In this document: one piece after another, positions 55,407-64,000 of the stretch | Position numbering within the stretch: position 1 is the stretch's first letter | Layout of the letters: each line of letters begins with the position of its first letter | Assembly: GCA_038153405.1 (NCBI GenBank) | Contig: JAYOYH010000006.1 | Span: forward strand, 70,911-134,910 | Origin: Gemmatimonadota bacterium | Lineage (GTDB): Bacteria > Latescibacterota > UBA2968 > UBA8231 | Direction: 5' to 3' | DNA: 64,000 bases | Translations under genes and position numbers: made by a program | The notes under the pieces: model-generated | Seen by the model: the letters and a program-made list of their open reading frames with translations, nothing else | Databases searched by the model: none | What the model was told of the DNA's origin: nothing

Positions 55407-56651
55407 ATGGCACAGGTGCAAGTAAACGAGCAACTGCTCGGCGATAGCGCATTTTTTTCCGACGCGCAGCGCGTAGAGGAACTGAAAGAGATTTTTAAGT
55501 TTTCCGAGCGGCGCGTGCTGTTGGGGGAAGGGGCCGTGGAGAGGTTGGGCGCCGAGTGCCAGCGGCTCGGAGTTTCGCGGGTTATACTAGTACGCGATCC
55601 GGGCGTGCGCGACTTGGCCGATCGGGTGCACCGCGCACTGCAAGAGGCTGGAATAGAGTGGGCCGGTGAGTATGGTGAAGTCGTGAGCAACCCTACGGTC
55701 GGCAGCGTCGGCGCATGTGCCGAGGCCATTGCCGCTAGTGGGGCTGACGCCGTGCTAGCGCTAGGCGGTGGTAGCACCATGGATACGGCCAAGGCCGCCG
55801 CCTGCGTAGCGACTACGGGCGAGTCGATCGATCGCTATTGGGGCTTTGATCTGATACCTCAACCGGCGCGCTGGCCCGTACTTGCACTGCCGACTACGGC
55901 GGGCACGGGGAGCGAGGCCAGTCGCGTATGCGTCATCGCTGATGCAGAGGGCAAGAAGGCGGTCTACAGCGATTATCTACAGCCGCGCGTGGCGCTGGTC
56001 GATCCGCTGCTGCAGCGCACGCTGCCGCCGCTGCTGACGGCGGTAACGGGTCTCGATGCCTTGGGGCATGCATTGGAGTGCACGGCGTCGAAAAAGAGCC
56101 ATGCGGTAGGCGATGCGGTGGCTCGCGAGGCGCTGCGGGCCGGTGCAGCCGCCTTTGTTGCGGCTATCGAAAACGGAGCCGACGACGGCTCGGCACGCCT
56201 GGGCATGGCTCGCTGCGCGCTATTGGCCGGCTTGCTGCTCAGCCCGATCAATACCGGTGCGGGGCATGCGCTGGGCTACGGTATTGAAAAACTATCCTAC
56301 GAGCGGGGCAAACCGGTTCCCCACGGTGCAGCCGTGGCGCTGGTGCTGCCGGGCGTTATGCGCCATAACGCCGCGGTCGCTGCCGACAAGTACTATTATG
56401 CCGCGGGCGTAGCTGGGCTGGATTTGCGAGACAAGAGCCGCGAAGAGGGCGCTGAGGCGGCGGCTCGATGGGTCGATGACCTGCGTCGCCGCTATACGCC
56501 CTATGCGTCACTGCGCGCGTCGGGACTGAGCGAGGACGATGTGCCGCGCATGGTCGAGTTGGCGATGACGGTGCGTCGCTTGCTCGATCCCAATCCGGTC
56601 GAAGTCCAGGCGGCCGACGCGGAGGCGATCTACCAGGCGGTGTTGGACTAA
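55407..56651 (+). CDS. Iron-containing alcohol dehydrogenase
   Basis: ALGGGSTMD, PTTAGTGSE, DALGHALE, GHALG, PHG. Confidence 0.92.
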   Translation: MAQVQVNEQLLGDSAFFSDAQRVEELKEIFKFSERRVLLGEGAVERLGAECQRLGVSRVILVRDPGVRDLADRVHRALQEAGIEWAGEYGEVVSNPTVGSVGACAEAIAASGADAVLALGGGSTMDTAKAAACVATTGESIDRYWGFDLIPQPARWPVLALPTTAGTGSEASRVCVIADAEGKKAVYSDYLQPRVALVDPLLQRTLPPLLTAVTGLDALGHALECTASKKSHAVGDAVAREALRAGAAAFVAAIENGADDGSARLGMARCALLAGLLLSPINTGAGHALGYGIEKLSYERGKPVPHGAAVALVLPGVMRHNAAVAADKYYYAAGVAGLDLRDKSREEGAEAAARWVDDLRRRYTPYASLRASGLSEDDVPRMVELAMTVRRLLDPNPVEVQAADAEAIYQAVLD

Positions 56652-56726
56652 ATCGGAGCACTTTCGTTTGGCAATTCATTTACACGGCGATACCACATTG
56701 CCTTTTTACCGAGGAGAGTATAGGGC

Positions 56727-57224
56727 ATGGCATTTGATGCGATGAAGCAGCGACAGATAATGGGGCGCTTTGCTACGGGCGTAACGGTCGTCACTACGCG
56801 CCACGGAGAAGAAGTGTCCGGCATGACGGCCAATGCCGTAATCTCGCTTTCGCTCGATCCGCCGTTGGTCGCCGTCTGCGTCGATAAGGGCGCCAGCATG
56901 CACGGGCACATGAGTGCAGGATCATGCTTTGCCATTAACATACTGCGTCTCGAGCAAGAGGCGCTGTCCAATCGCTTCGCCACGCCCGGTCCCAAAGATT
57001 TTTCCGATCTATCCGTAATGACGTCGGAGACGGGTGCGCCGATTTTGGTCGATGCGCTAGCGTGGTTGGACTGTCGACTGGTCAACGTAGTAGAAGCGGG
57101 CGACCACGATCTTTTTTTGGGCGAGCCGTTGGCGGGTGAAACCGGCGAGGGTGTGCCGCTGATGTACTACGGCGGTCGCTATGATCAATTGGTTTCTGGC
57201 ACGGTGCGCGAGGATCGCAAATAG
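56727..57224 (+). CDS. Flavin reductase-family protein
   Basis: FATGVTVVTT, SLSLDPPLV, AGDHDLF. Confidence 0.93.
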   Translation: MAFDAMKQRQIMGRFATGVTVVTTRHGEEVSGMTANAVISLSLDPPLVAVCVDKGASMHGHMSAGSCFAINILRLEQEALSNRFATPGPKDFSDLSVMTSETGAPILVDALAWLDCRLVNVVEAGDHDLFLGEPLAGETGEGVPLMYYGGRYDQLVSGTVREDRK

Positions 57225-57227
57225 CCT

Positions 57228-57839
57228 GTGGGCACGGTGCTCTTAACGGGGTTTGAGCCCTTCGACGACTTTGCTGATAATCCTGCTCTGCGCGTGGCCG
57301 AGGCTTTGCACGGCGCGCGCATAGCTGAGCACATCGTAGAGAGTTTGATTCTACCGGTAGAGTTTGGTCGCGATGCCGAGCGCGTGCTGCCAGCGATCGA
57401 GAACATCCGACCGCACCTCGTGCTATCGCTGGGCTTGGCCGCGGCGGCCCCGTGTATTTGGGTCGAGCGGATTGCGCTCAATCTGCGGCGGGACGAATGC
57501 GGGGAACAGCAGATTATAGCGCAGGGACCGGCTGCCTATTTCGCGCGGTTAGACGCCGAAGCGGTGGCCTGCGCAATACGCCAAGTGGGCGTTCCAGCCG
57601 TCGCGCACGTCTATGCAGGCAACTACCTATGCAACCACCTGATGTATCAGGTACTGCATTGTTTAGAAGAGAGCGACTGGCCGTGTCGTGCGGGTTTTTT
57701 GCACCTGCCCATATCTAGCGAGCAGGCCGTAGCAGAGCAGCGTTATCGGGACCCATCGCTGCCCTTGTCCCATATCGAGCGCGGCGTGCGCGCGGCGATT
57801 GAGTCGGCGTGCACCGCGCATCCGGTCACTCCTCGATAA
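57228..57839 (+). CDS. pcp: Pyroglutamyl-peptidase I
   Basis: VLLTGFEPF..NP, VERIALN, AGNYLCN, GFLHLP. Confidence 0.92.
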   Translation: MGTVLLTGFEPFDDFADNPALRVAEALHGARIAEHIVESLILPVEFGRDAERVLPAIENIRPHLVLSLGLAAAAPCIWVERIALNLRRDECGEQQIIAQGPAAYFARLDAEAVACAIRQVGVPAVAHVYAGNYLCNHLMYQVLHCLEESDWPCRAGFLHLPISSEQAVAEQRYRDPSLPLSHIERGVRAAIESACTAHPVTPR

Positions 57840-58881
57840 CCGTGCGCAGTGCTGCTTTCATATAGCCCATGGCGAAGGCCATGCCAGCATGCCAAGGAGC
57901 TGCGCAGTGCATTTGCGGCGTGTGGTCTGGAATGAGCACGCCGTCAAAGTTGTTGTCGCGCAGGATGCGCAGCACGCGGATCATGTCGATATCGCCCTCG
58001 TCGACAAATACCTCGCGGTAGTTGGGCACGGTGCCCGATACGTTGCGGAAGTGCACGTAAAAAATCTTGCCCAGGCGACTGTACTGCTCGGTGGCTTGGT
58101 AGACATCGCCTTCGGTCATTTCGGCGATCGATCCCAGACAAAATTCGAGGCCGCTAGACGGGCTGGGACGCATGTCGATGAGTCGCTGGTAGAGTTGGGG
58201 CTGGTAAACTAAGCGGGGTGTCTGGCGCAGGACGGGCACGGGTGGGTCGTCCGGATGTGCGGCTAGTTTGACGCCTTCTTCTTCGGCTACTGGCAGCACG
58301 GCTTCGAGAAAGGCATCCAAGCGCTGCCAGAGTTCGTCGTGTGGTATATTCGGCAAGGTGCCGCTCGGAGCCTCCTCGTCGTAAACCATGTTCCACACCG
58401 TTCCGTTGGGCACCGGCGTTTGGTCGATGTGCTCCATACACGCCGAGACCGCTGCGCCGCGCGCGGCGGGAAGTGAGACGCGCGAACAGACGCCGGCCAG
58501 GCTAAAATTGTAGCCGATAATGGGAATGCCAGCGCGCCCCACGTTGCGTATCATCGTCTTTATGTCTTCTAGTTGGTCCGCCTTGCGCGGGCCGTCGAGC
58601 AGCACGTCGTACCAGTGGGCCGGATCGAAGTTCTCGATGGCTTCGAGTTGAAGGCCGGCGTCGTTTATTTCGCGTTTGAGGGCGCGCAAGTCATCGAGCG
58701 TCCATTGGGCACTGCCGGCGCGGCCCCAACCGCCGCGCTCGTCGGTGGGCTGTCCGTCCCGGTCTTTATGGGCGAAGTAGTCGCAGAGATGGGCTACGAT
58801 GTGAGTGGCGCCGGCTTGAACGGCGAATTGGTAGTGGTCGCGGTTGAGCAGATGGCGGTAGAGTCCGAGTCCGAGCTTCAC
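57826..58881 (-). CDS. uxuA: Mannonate dehydratase
   Basis: GTG start (KLGLGL); AAHPDDPP, GLEFCLGS, YVHFRN, IPDHTP, AFAMGYM. Confidence 0.9.
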   Translation of the reverse strand: MKLGLGLYRHLLNRDHYQFAVQAGATHIVAHLCDYFAHKDRDGQPTDERGGWGRAGSAQWTLDDLRALKREINDAGLQLEAIENFDPAHWYDVLLDGPRKADQLEDIKTMIRNVGRAGIPIIGYNFSLAGVCSRVSLPAARGAAVSACMEHIDQTPVPNGTVWNMVYDEEAPSGTLPNIPHDELWQRLDAFLEAVLPVAEEEGVKLAAHPDDPPVPVLRQTPRLVYQPQLYQRLIDMRPSPSSGLEFCLGSIAEMTEGDVYQATEQYSRLGKIFYVHFRNVSGTVPNYREVFVDEGDIDMIRVLRILRDNNFDGVLIPDHTPQMHCAAPWHAGMAFAMGYMKAALRTVIEE

Positions 58882-58964
58882 GTGAAGACCTCGCTTGAAG
58901 AAAGTTAGAGCGCGTACGCGCATGGAGCGATAACGCAGCACGCACATTGGGGAGCATAGAAAAT

Positions 58965-59366
58965 ATGGCCGATAAAGTGGAAAAGAGCGACGCCGAATGG
59001 AGACAGCAGCTGAGCGATGAGCAATACGCCGTTGCGCGCTGTGGCGGCACCGAACCCGCCTTCACCGGAAAATATTGGAACCACAAGGGCGTGGGCGTAT
59101 ACCGCTGCGCCTGCTGTGAACACGAGCTGTTTAGTTCGCAGAGCAAGTACGATTCGGGCTCGGGCTGGCCGAGCTTCTGGCAGCCAATCCGCACCGACTG
59201 CATTGCTGAAAAAACGGACACTAGCCACGGTATGGTGCGCGTGGAAGCGGTGTGCAGCCACTGCCAGGCGCATCTGGGCCACGTATTTCCCGACGGTCCG
59301 CCGCCGACGGGGCTGCGCTACTGCATGAACTCTGCCTCGCTCGACTTTGTCGAGCGTCCGGCCTAA
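58965..59366 (+). CDS. msrB: Peptide-methionine (R)-S-oxide reductase
   Basis: [35 protein letters not shown]. Confidence 0.97.
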   Translation: MADKVEKSDAEWRQQLSDEQYAVARCGGTEPAFTGKYWNHKGVGVYRCACCEHELFSSQSKYDSGSGWPSFWQPIRTDCIAEKTDTSHGMVRVEAVCSHCQAHLGHVFPDGPPPTGLRYCMNSASLDFVERPA

Positions 59367-59442
59367 TGGTTGCCAAGAGCGCATTGCGAATGTGTCGCTA
59401 GGGGTAGAGCCGAGGGTACCCGTGCCGCAAAACCCATCGCCC

Positions 59443-60228
59443 ATGCAGGAGCACACGCGGGCGCACGGGCGCATTGAACAGAGCGCCTGGCTAGGCGTGC
59501 AGCGCACTGTCGACGGCATTTTCGCGCACCCAGTCGAACTCTGCGTGCAACCGACGAATGGGGCCGCGCTGTGGATTCACTTTCACGGCGCGCCCTTTGT
59601 CGCTCAGCACGCGGCAGCGCGCGCGAAAAGACCGCTGTCGCTGGCCTGCCTACAGCTGGGCGCAGGCAGTGGGGCGTACGAGCGGCCCTTTGCCGAGCCC
59701 GGCGCGTTTGCGCGCCTGCTGTCGTTCCTTCGCGAAGAAATGGGCAATTCAACGGGCCTGTGGCTGAGCAGTTTTAGCGCTGGGTATGGGGCGCTGCGAG
59801 CCGTTCTTACCGACGAGGCGCTGGCCGAGCAGGTCGACGGCGTGCTGATACTCGACGGGCTGCACAGCGGCTATCGGCCAGATGGGTGTCCGCTGGCTGA
59901 GGGCGGTGCGATCGAAGGAGAAGACCTGGCGCCCTTCGTGCGCTTTGCCCGCCGCGCGATGACCGGTGATGTCCGCATGTTGATCACCCATTCCGAGGTG
60001 TTTCCCGGCACGTTTGCCAGCACTACGGAGACGGCCGACTACTTGCTGAATTCGCTAGGACTGTCGCGCCGGGCGGTCCTCGAGTGGGGCCCGCTGGGCA
60101 TGCAACAGCTGAGCGAAGTGCGCAGCGGCAGGCTGCGCGTCATGGGGTTTGCCGGCAATTCAGCGCCCGACCACGTGGATCATCTGCACGGTCTGTACCA
60201 CTTTGTAGACGCGTGGCTTGCCCTGTGA
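59443..60228 (+). CDS. Alpha/beta-hydrolase-like hypothetical protein
   Basis: IHFHG, nucleophile elbow-like SSFSAGYG, LILDGLH; start uncertain (GTG 59422 possible). Confidence 0.55.
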   Translation: MQEHTRAHGRIEQSAWLGVQRTVDGIFAHPVELCVQPTNGAALWIHFHGAPFVAQHAAARAKRPLSLACLQLGAGSGAYERPFAEPGAFARLLSFLREEMGNSTGLWLSSFSAGYGALRAVLTDEALAEQVDGVLILDGLHSGYRPDGCPLAEGGAIEGEDLAPFVRFARRAMTGDVRMLITHSEVFPGTFASTTETADYLLNSLGLSRRAVLEWGPLGMQQLSEVRSGRLRVMGFAGNSAPDHVDHLHGLYHFVDAWLAL

Positions 60229-60247
60229 GGGCCGCTGTGTAACGCGC

Positions 60248-61213
60248 TTAGAATGCGAGCAGCACTTTGAGCGCGCGATGCTGCTGCGGTTCGTCAAAGG
60301 CCATCGAAAAGCCCTGCTGAATCTGGTCAAAAGGCAGGATATGACTAACGACGGGGGCGACGTCGACGCGCCGCTGAACGATCCAATCGAGTGCGACTCG
60401 GTAGTCGCGTTCGGGGTTTGGGCCGATTGACGTAATGAGGCGCAGTTCTTTGCGGTACATATCGCGCAGTCGCAGCGATACGACACCGTCGTGGCTGTCC
60501 TTGTCGGGCACGCCAAAGCAGATAACGTGGGCGTTGCGCCGGGCAATGGAGGCGCAGAGGTTAAAGGTGTCGGCGTGGCCAACAGCCTCGACGACGAGGT
60601 CGACCATATCGCCGTTGGTAATGTGCGCGACGGCGTCTATGGGGTTTTCGCGCGACGAGTCGATAGCATGGGTTGCGCCCATCTCTTTGGCGACCTGCAG
60701 GCGGTATTCGAGTGGGTCGATGGCGATGATCTGGCCGGCACCCAAGTTGCGCAGCACCGCGTCAAAGAGCAAGCCAACCGGACCCTGACCGAGCACGGCT
60801 ACCTTCCAATCGATGATATTGCCCAACTTGTAAAAACTGTGGATAACAGTGCCCAACACCTGACTCATCAGCACCTGTTCATCGGCTAAGTCGACCGGCA
60901 AGCGGATGCAGCCGCCCGCGTCGTTGGCGAGTACATATTCTTGGTAGAGACCCCGATCAAATCCCCACAGCAGTACGCGATCGCCTTCGCGGTAGCGACC
61001 CGATGGGCACGACTCGACGATGCCCATGCCCTCGTGGCCCGTTGCGCCGGGAGCGAGGGGGTAGTCTGCGTGCACGCCAACGAACGGGGGTTTGTCGCTG
61101 CCGCATATGGCGACCAATTCCATGCGCACCAGCATGTGTTCTGCACCGGCTTGCGGCTTCTCTACATCGATGATATCCCAGCGGCGCGGAGCCACCAGTT
61201 GCGCAGCTTTCAT
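60248..61213 (-). CDS. Zinc-binding (MDR) dehydrogenase, sugar/threonine dehydrogenase-like
   Basis: AICGSD, GHEG, VLGQGPVGL, VVEAVG. Confidence 0.9.
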   Translation of the reverse strand: MKAAQLVAPRRWDIIDVEKPQAGAEHMLVRMELVAICGSDKPPFVGVHADYPLAPGATGHEGMGIVESCPSGRYREGDRVLLWGFDRGLYQEYVLANDAGGCIRLPVDLADEQVLMSQVLGTVIHSFYKLGNIIDWKVAVLGQGPVGLLFDAVLRNLGAGQIIAIDPLEYRLQVAKEMGATHAIDSSRENPIDAVAHITNGDMVDLVVEAVGHADTFNLCASIARRNAHVICFGVPDKDSHDGVVSLRLRDMYRKELRLITSIGPNPERDYRVALDWIVQRRVDVAPVVSHILPFDQIQQGFSMAFDEPQQHRALKVLLAF

Positions 61214-61448
61214 GACGGGTATCTCCCGCTATATAGGTTAGGGCAATCGGGTGTTCGGGGTGCAGTAAAGCGCATTGCTGCCTTCAGGTCAAGAGCGCAT
61301 GTGAACGGAAGGTACATGCGTACTCGGCCCCGCTTAAACGGCCGGGCGTTACCGCCTGTTGGTTGGGATTTTGAGGCGCAGATCAGCGCAGTCCAGCCCT
61401 ACACGTGGGCAACTAAAGGAGCTGCACGCGTCAATCGGCTTATGCGGT

Positions 61449-62810
61449 TTACCTGCTGCCCATGGTTTCCAAGGTGTAGGATATATCGTTGCGCATATCG
61501 GGGCACCATTTGTCGAATTCTCTACGGTCAATGCCCGTTTTTTCGAAGTAATCGTTGTGCAGTTCAGGGGCCTTGCCGTCTGAGCGCACCATGCCATAGC
61601 CTAGCTCATAGCTAGCTGCATCGGCAATGCGTATGACGCGCTGGGCGAGGCGGCCCTGCTTGGTCTTGAGTCGCGGAAGAATTTTTCCTAGCGGCCAGTG
61701 GTGGCGTCCAATTACGTTGATGAGGAGGATGGGAAACTGCCACTCCATGCTGGCGTGCAGTCCGGCATCTGCGTGGTCAAATCCCAGCACGGCTGTCTCG
61801 GCTTGCGTCATAGAGGATTCGTTCGATTGCATGCGGGAGACGATCTCGTCTACTTCGATGATAAAGTGCTGTGCGAGCAGCGCCTTGCCAATGTCGTGCA
61901 GCAGGCCAGCCGAAAACATGGCGCTGCTAAAGTCAATGCGATCCTGCACATTGCCGTAGGCGTAGCACCGTCGCGCAACGAGGCGTGCAATCGAGCCCAC
62001 GGCGTAGCTATGCCTGCGCAGCGATTCCATATCGAAGTCCATCGGCAGTGTGCCGAGCACCTCCAAGGCCTTGGTCGCCAGTAGCGTATTGGTAACGGAT
62101 TTAAGCCCCAGCTTTTTGCAGGCGCCTTCGACCGTCATGATATTGCCAGATGCGCTATAAGCGGGACTGTTGGCCAACTTGATCAAGTTGGTTGCTAGCG
62201 CCATATCCAGGTTGACGGACTTGCTCAGTTCCTCAAAAGAGACATTCGGATCGCTCAACGTCTTTTGCACGTGTATAACCATATTCGAAAGAGTAGGCAT
62301 GTGCACGATCTGCTTAAGCGTCTCTTTTAAACGGCTCTTTATAGCCTGATGGTTTTGCGCTTCGTCCCGCGTGCTGTTTTCGAGCGTTTTACTTTTCTCA
62401 ATAGAACGGCGCACGGCGTCGAGCAGTTTGTCGCCCGCCGTTTCGATCTCCTCATCGCGCAACAGCACGTAGTGGACTAGCGCTAGCTCGGAGAATCGAT
62501 AGGCATACAGGCGGACGATGTCGCCTCGCTGCTCTGCGCTGCAAACTATAATGGGGGGGAGTGCTATCTTGTCGCGTTGATGCTTTAGGTAGAGGGCCTT
62601 TATAAACTTCCCGCCGTCTTTTTCGTCGCGACTGATCTTGGTGTTGGTAATGATCAGCTCAATGTCGTCTCTGCCGTCTATAGTGTCTATCAGCTGGCGT
62701 GGCGAGTCAGACACGACGATGTTGTACTGCCCGGGCCGCTGCAGCACAACTTTTAATTTAGCTGCGCGCTCGGGGGAGCTTTCGAGGACTATGACGCTAG
62801 TCTTTCCCAT
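61449..62810 (-). CDS. Receiver-like domain + HDOD domain signalling protein
   Basis: MPTLS, LIKLANSPAY, RHSYAVG, AGLLHDIGK, GFDHA..WQFP..RHH. Confidence 0.88.
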   Translation of the reverse strand: MGKTSVIVLESSPERAAKLKVVLQRPGQYNIVVSDSPRQLIDTIDGRDDIELIITNTKISRDEKDGGKFIKALYLKHQRDKIALPPIIVCSAEQRGDIVRLYAYRFSELALVHYVLLRDEEIETAGDKLLDAVRRSIEKSKTLENSTRDEAQNHQAIKSRLKETLKQIVHMPTLSNMVIHVQKTLSDPNVSFEELSKSVNLDMALATNLIKLANSPAYSASGNIMTVEGACKKLGLKSVTNTLLATKALEVLGTLPMDFDMESLRRHSYAVGSIARLVARRCYAYGNVQDRIDFSSAMFSAGLLHDIGKALLAQHFIIEVDEIVSRMQSNESSMTQAETAVLGFDHADAGLHASMEWQFPILLINVIGRHHWPLGKILPRLKTKQGRLAQRVIRIADAASYELGYGMVRSDGKAPELHNDYFEKTGIDRREFDKWCPDMRNDISYTLETMGSR

Positions 62811-62974
62811 GATATAAAAGAAAATAAAAGCTTAAAAGATGGAATAAAGACAAATAAAACATGACATAGTTAAAGCGGAACTCAAATATCTACAAATCAG
62901 AGTAAAAAACAAGAAAAAAATATCAAATTGACCAAAGTGGACACCCGAGGAGGTGGACTAGGCCCCAAGCCAAT

Positions 62975-63007
62975 AAAAAAGGGGGCCAGCGCATTGCTGT
63001 ACCCCCC
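62975..63007 (-). terminator. Terminator downstream of tRNA-Lys
   Basis: Minus strand GGGGGGTACAGC-AATGC-GCTGGCCCCC-TTTTTT. Confidence 0.7.
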
Positions 63008-63012
63008 GTAAA

Positions 63013-63088
63013 TGGTACGCCCACTTGGACTCGAACCAAGGACCCGCTGATTAAGAGTCAGCCGCTCTACCAACTGAGCTATAGGCGC
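63013..63088 (-). tRNA. tRNA-Lys (anticodon CTT)
   Basis: GCGCCTATAGCTCAGTTGGTAGAGCGGCTGACTCTTAATCAGCGGGTCCTTGGTTCGAGTCCAAGTGGGCGTACCA; 76 nt cloverleaf with encoded CCA. Confidence 0.97.
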
Positions 63089-63176
63089 AAACCACTGATA
63101 TAAAACGACCTACGCTGATTTTGGAGGCCCATTTACATCCCTAATATTCACCGCGTAAGTCCAAAATTAGATCCTT

Positions 63177-63204
63177 ATTATAGCTAAAAGTGCCTTTTTT
63201 GCAA
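63177..63204 (-). promoter_or_regulatory. Putative sigma70 promoter of tRNA-Lys
   Basis: Minus strand TTGCAA-N16-TATAAT. Confidence 0.65.
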
Positions 63205-63374
63205 AGGGTTCGGCAAAAACTTTGTCCGAGGCGGTGAGGAGGAGTAAAGGGGCCGATCCTTCGCAGTTTTCTGACAGATTGATTGGGGGCAACAGAGCGT
63301 TTTTAATTGATTAGTACAGCGATAAACGCAGGTAGAGGCGGCCTACAGACAAAACCAACAGTTGTGATAGAAGG

Positions 63375-63411
63375 CCTCCCTGAAGCGGCATGCATCACCG
63401 CTTCAGGGAGG
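63375..63411. repeat. 14-bp perfect inverted repeat (hairpin) just left of the IS
   Basis: CCTCCCTGAAGCGG-CATGCATCA-CCGCTTCAGGGAGG. Confidence 0.7.
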
Positions 63412-63437
63412 TTGACGAGCTGAAGCTTGTGAGGAAA

Positions 63438-64000
63438 GGTGTAACTTTTCTTCTGTAAAATCTGTTTGATGGCCCGAAGACCTGGACAGTCGAGGTTGAG
63501 CGGCGGGTCATATTCGCTCTTTTTGTTGATAGGCTACCAAACCAATCAACACCAAGGAGCAAGCTATGACCCACCCCCCAGAAGATAATGCGATTCGTGC
63601 AGCGATGGAAAGTCTGATAGAGCACGGCCTTGATGGCATGGGCGAGGCGCTGCGCATTCTGATGAATGAGGCGATGAAAATCGAGCGCTCTGAATTTCTC
63701 CAAGCTGCTCCTTACCAAGCGCAGTGAAGAGCGGGTCGGACACGCCAACGGCTTCAAGGATAAAACGATACAGACGCGGGTCGGCGCCTTGCCTTTGCGC
63801 GTGCCTCAGGTGCGTGGTCTGCCCGCCGATCTGGTGGGTTTTTACCCGCAGTCGTTGGAGAAGGGACTGCGCAGTGAGCGGGCGCTCAAGATGGCCATTG
63901 CCGAGATGTATGTGACGGGGGTATCGACGCGTAAGGTGGCACAGGTCACCCAAGCGTTGTGCGGTTTCGACGTCAGCAGCACCCAGGTGAGTCGGGCCAC
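63438..64000 (+). mobile_element. IS256-family insertion sequence, left part
   Basis: Transposase homology (next feature); GGTGTAACTTTTCTTCTGTAAAA resembles IS256-type terminal repeats; exact left end unverified. Confidence 0.7.
63566..64000 (+). pseudogene. IS256-family (Mutator) transposase, frameshifted, runs off window
   Basis: MTHPPEDN..MNEAMKIERSEFLQAAPY then TGA at 63725-63727; the shifted frame continues RSEERVGHANGFKDKTIQTRVGALPLRVPQVR..FYPQSLEKGLRSERAL..EMYVTGVSTRKV. Confidence 0.85.

Noticed and set aside
58965..59366. Selenocysteine recoding in msrB
   Set aside because: The catalytic position is an ordinary Cys codon (RYCMNS) with no in-frame TGA.
143..62084. Numerous Arg/Ala-rich overlapping and antisense ORFs in the six-frame track (for example 40153-41193, 50776-51648, 25686-26477)
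   Set aside because: They overlap well-supported genes and have no motifs; such shadows are expected in GC-rich coding DNA.
62811..63440. tRNA-anchored integrative element
   Set aside because: No integrase and no duplicated tRNA 3' end seen within the window.
63395..63953. Minus-strand ORFs 63395-63757 and 63564-63953, and plus ORF 63724-63915
   Set aside because: Shadow or out-of-frame ORFs over the IS256 transposase.

Overview
This is 64 kb of GC-rich bacterial chromosome. The protein families (FlgD-Ig/'TPNGDG' C-termini, CRTAC1/ASPIC-UnbV propellers, a C-terminal TAVE..TWGxIK tail) suggest an FCB-related candidate lineage such as Latescibacterota, but that placement is inference. (1) 1-22.7 kb is an energy/redox block: a complex I-like nuoABCDHIJKLM(...) operon with no nuoEFG, a sigma70-family factor, pckA, a USP-PFOR-DHOD-like operon, a cNMP protein, a thioredoxin and a FixL-like PAS kinase. 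Four of these units have sigma54 -24/-12 boxes. (2) 22.7-32.4 kb holds a sialidase-like protein, sahR-ahcY with a clear operator palindrome, a 7TM hybrid kinase and an FG-GAP protein. (3) 32.7-50.4 kb has two convergent operons made entirely of predicted exported proteins. One is TPR lipoprotein, two CRTAC1-like proteins and a parvulin. The other is a lead sugar-binding-like protein with a TWG tail, an internal terminator, a lipoprotein, three paralogous discoidin/WSxWS/FlgD-Ig proteins and an 883-aa probable outer-membrane barrel. This block is the best candidate for an undescribed cell-surface system. (4) 50.6-62.8 kb is catabolic genes, including an apparently periplasmic RidA/PLP-enzyme/glycosylasparaginase trio, eda, uxuA, msrB and an HDOD protein. 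(5) The right end has tRNA-Lys(CTT) and a frameshifted IS256 transposase. All calls come from reading motifs by eye; no searches were run.
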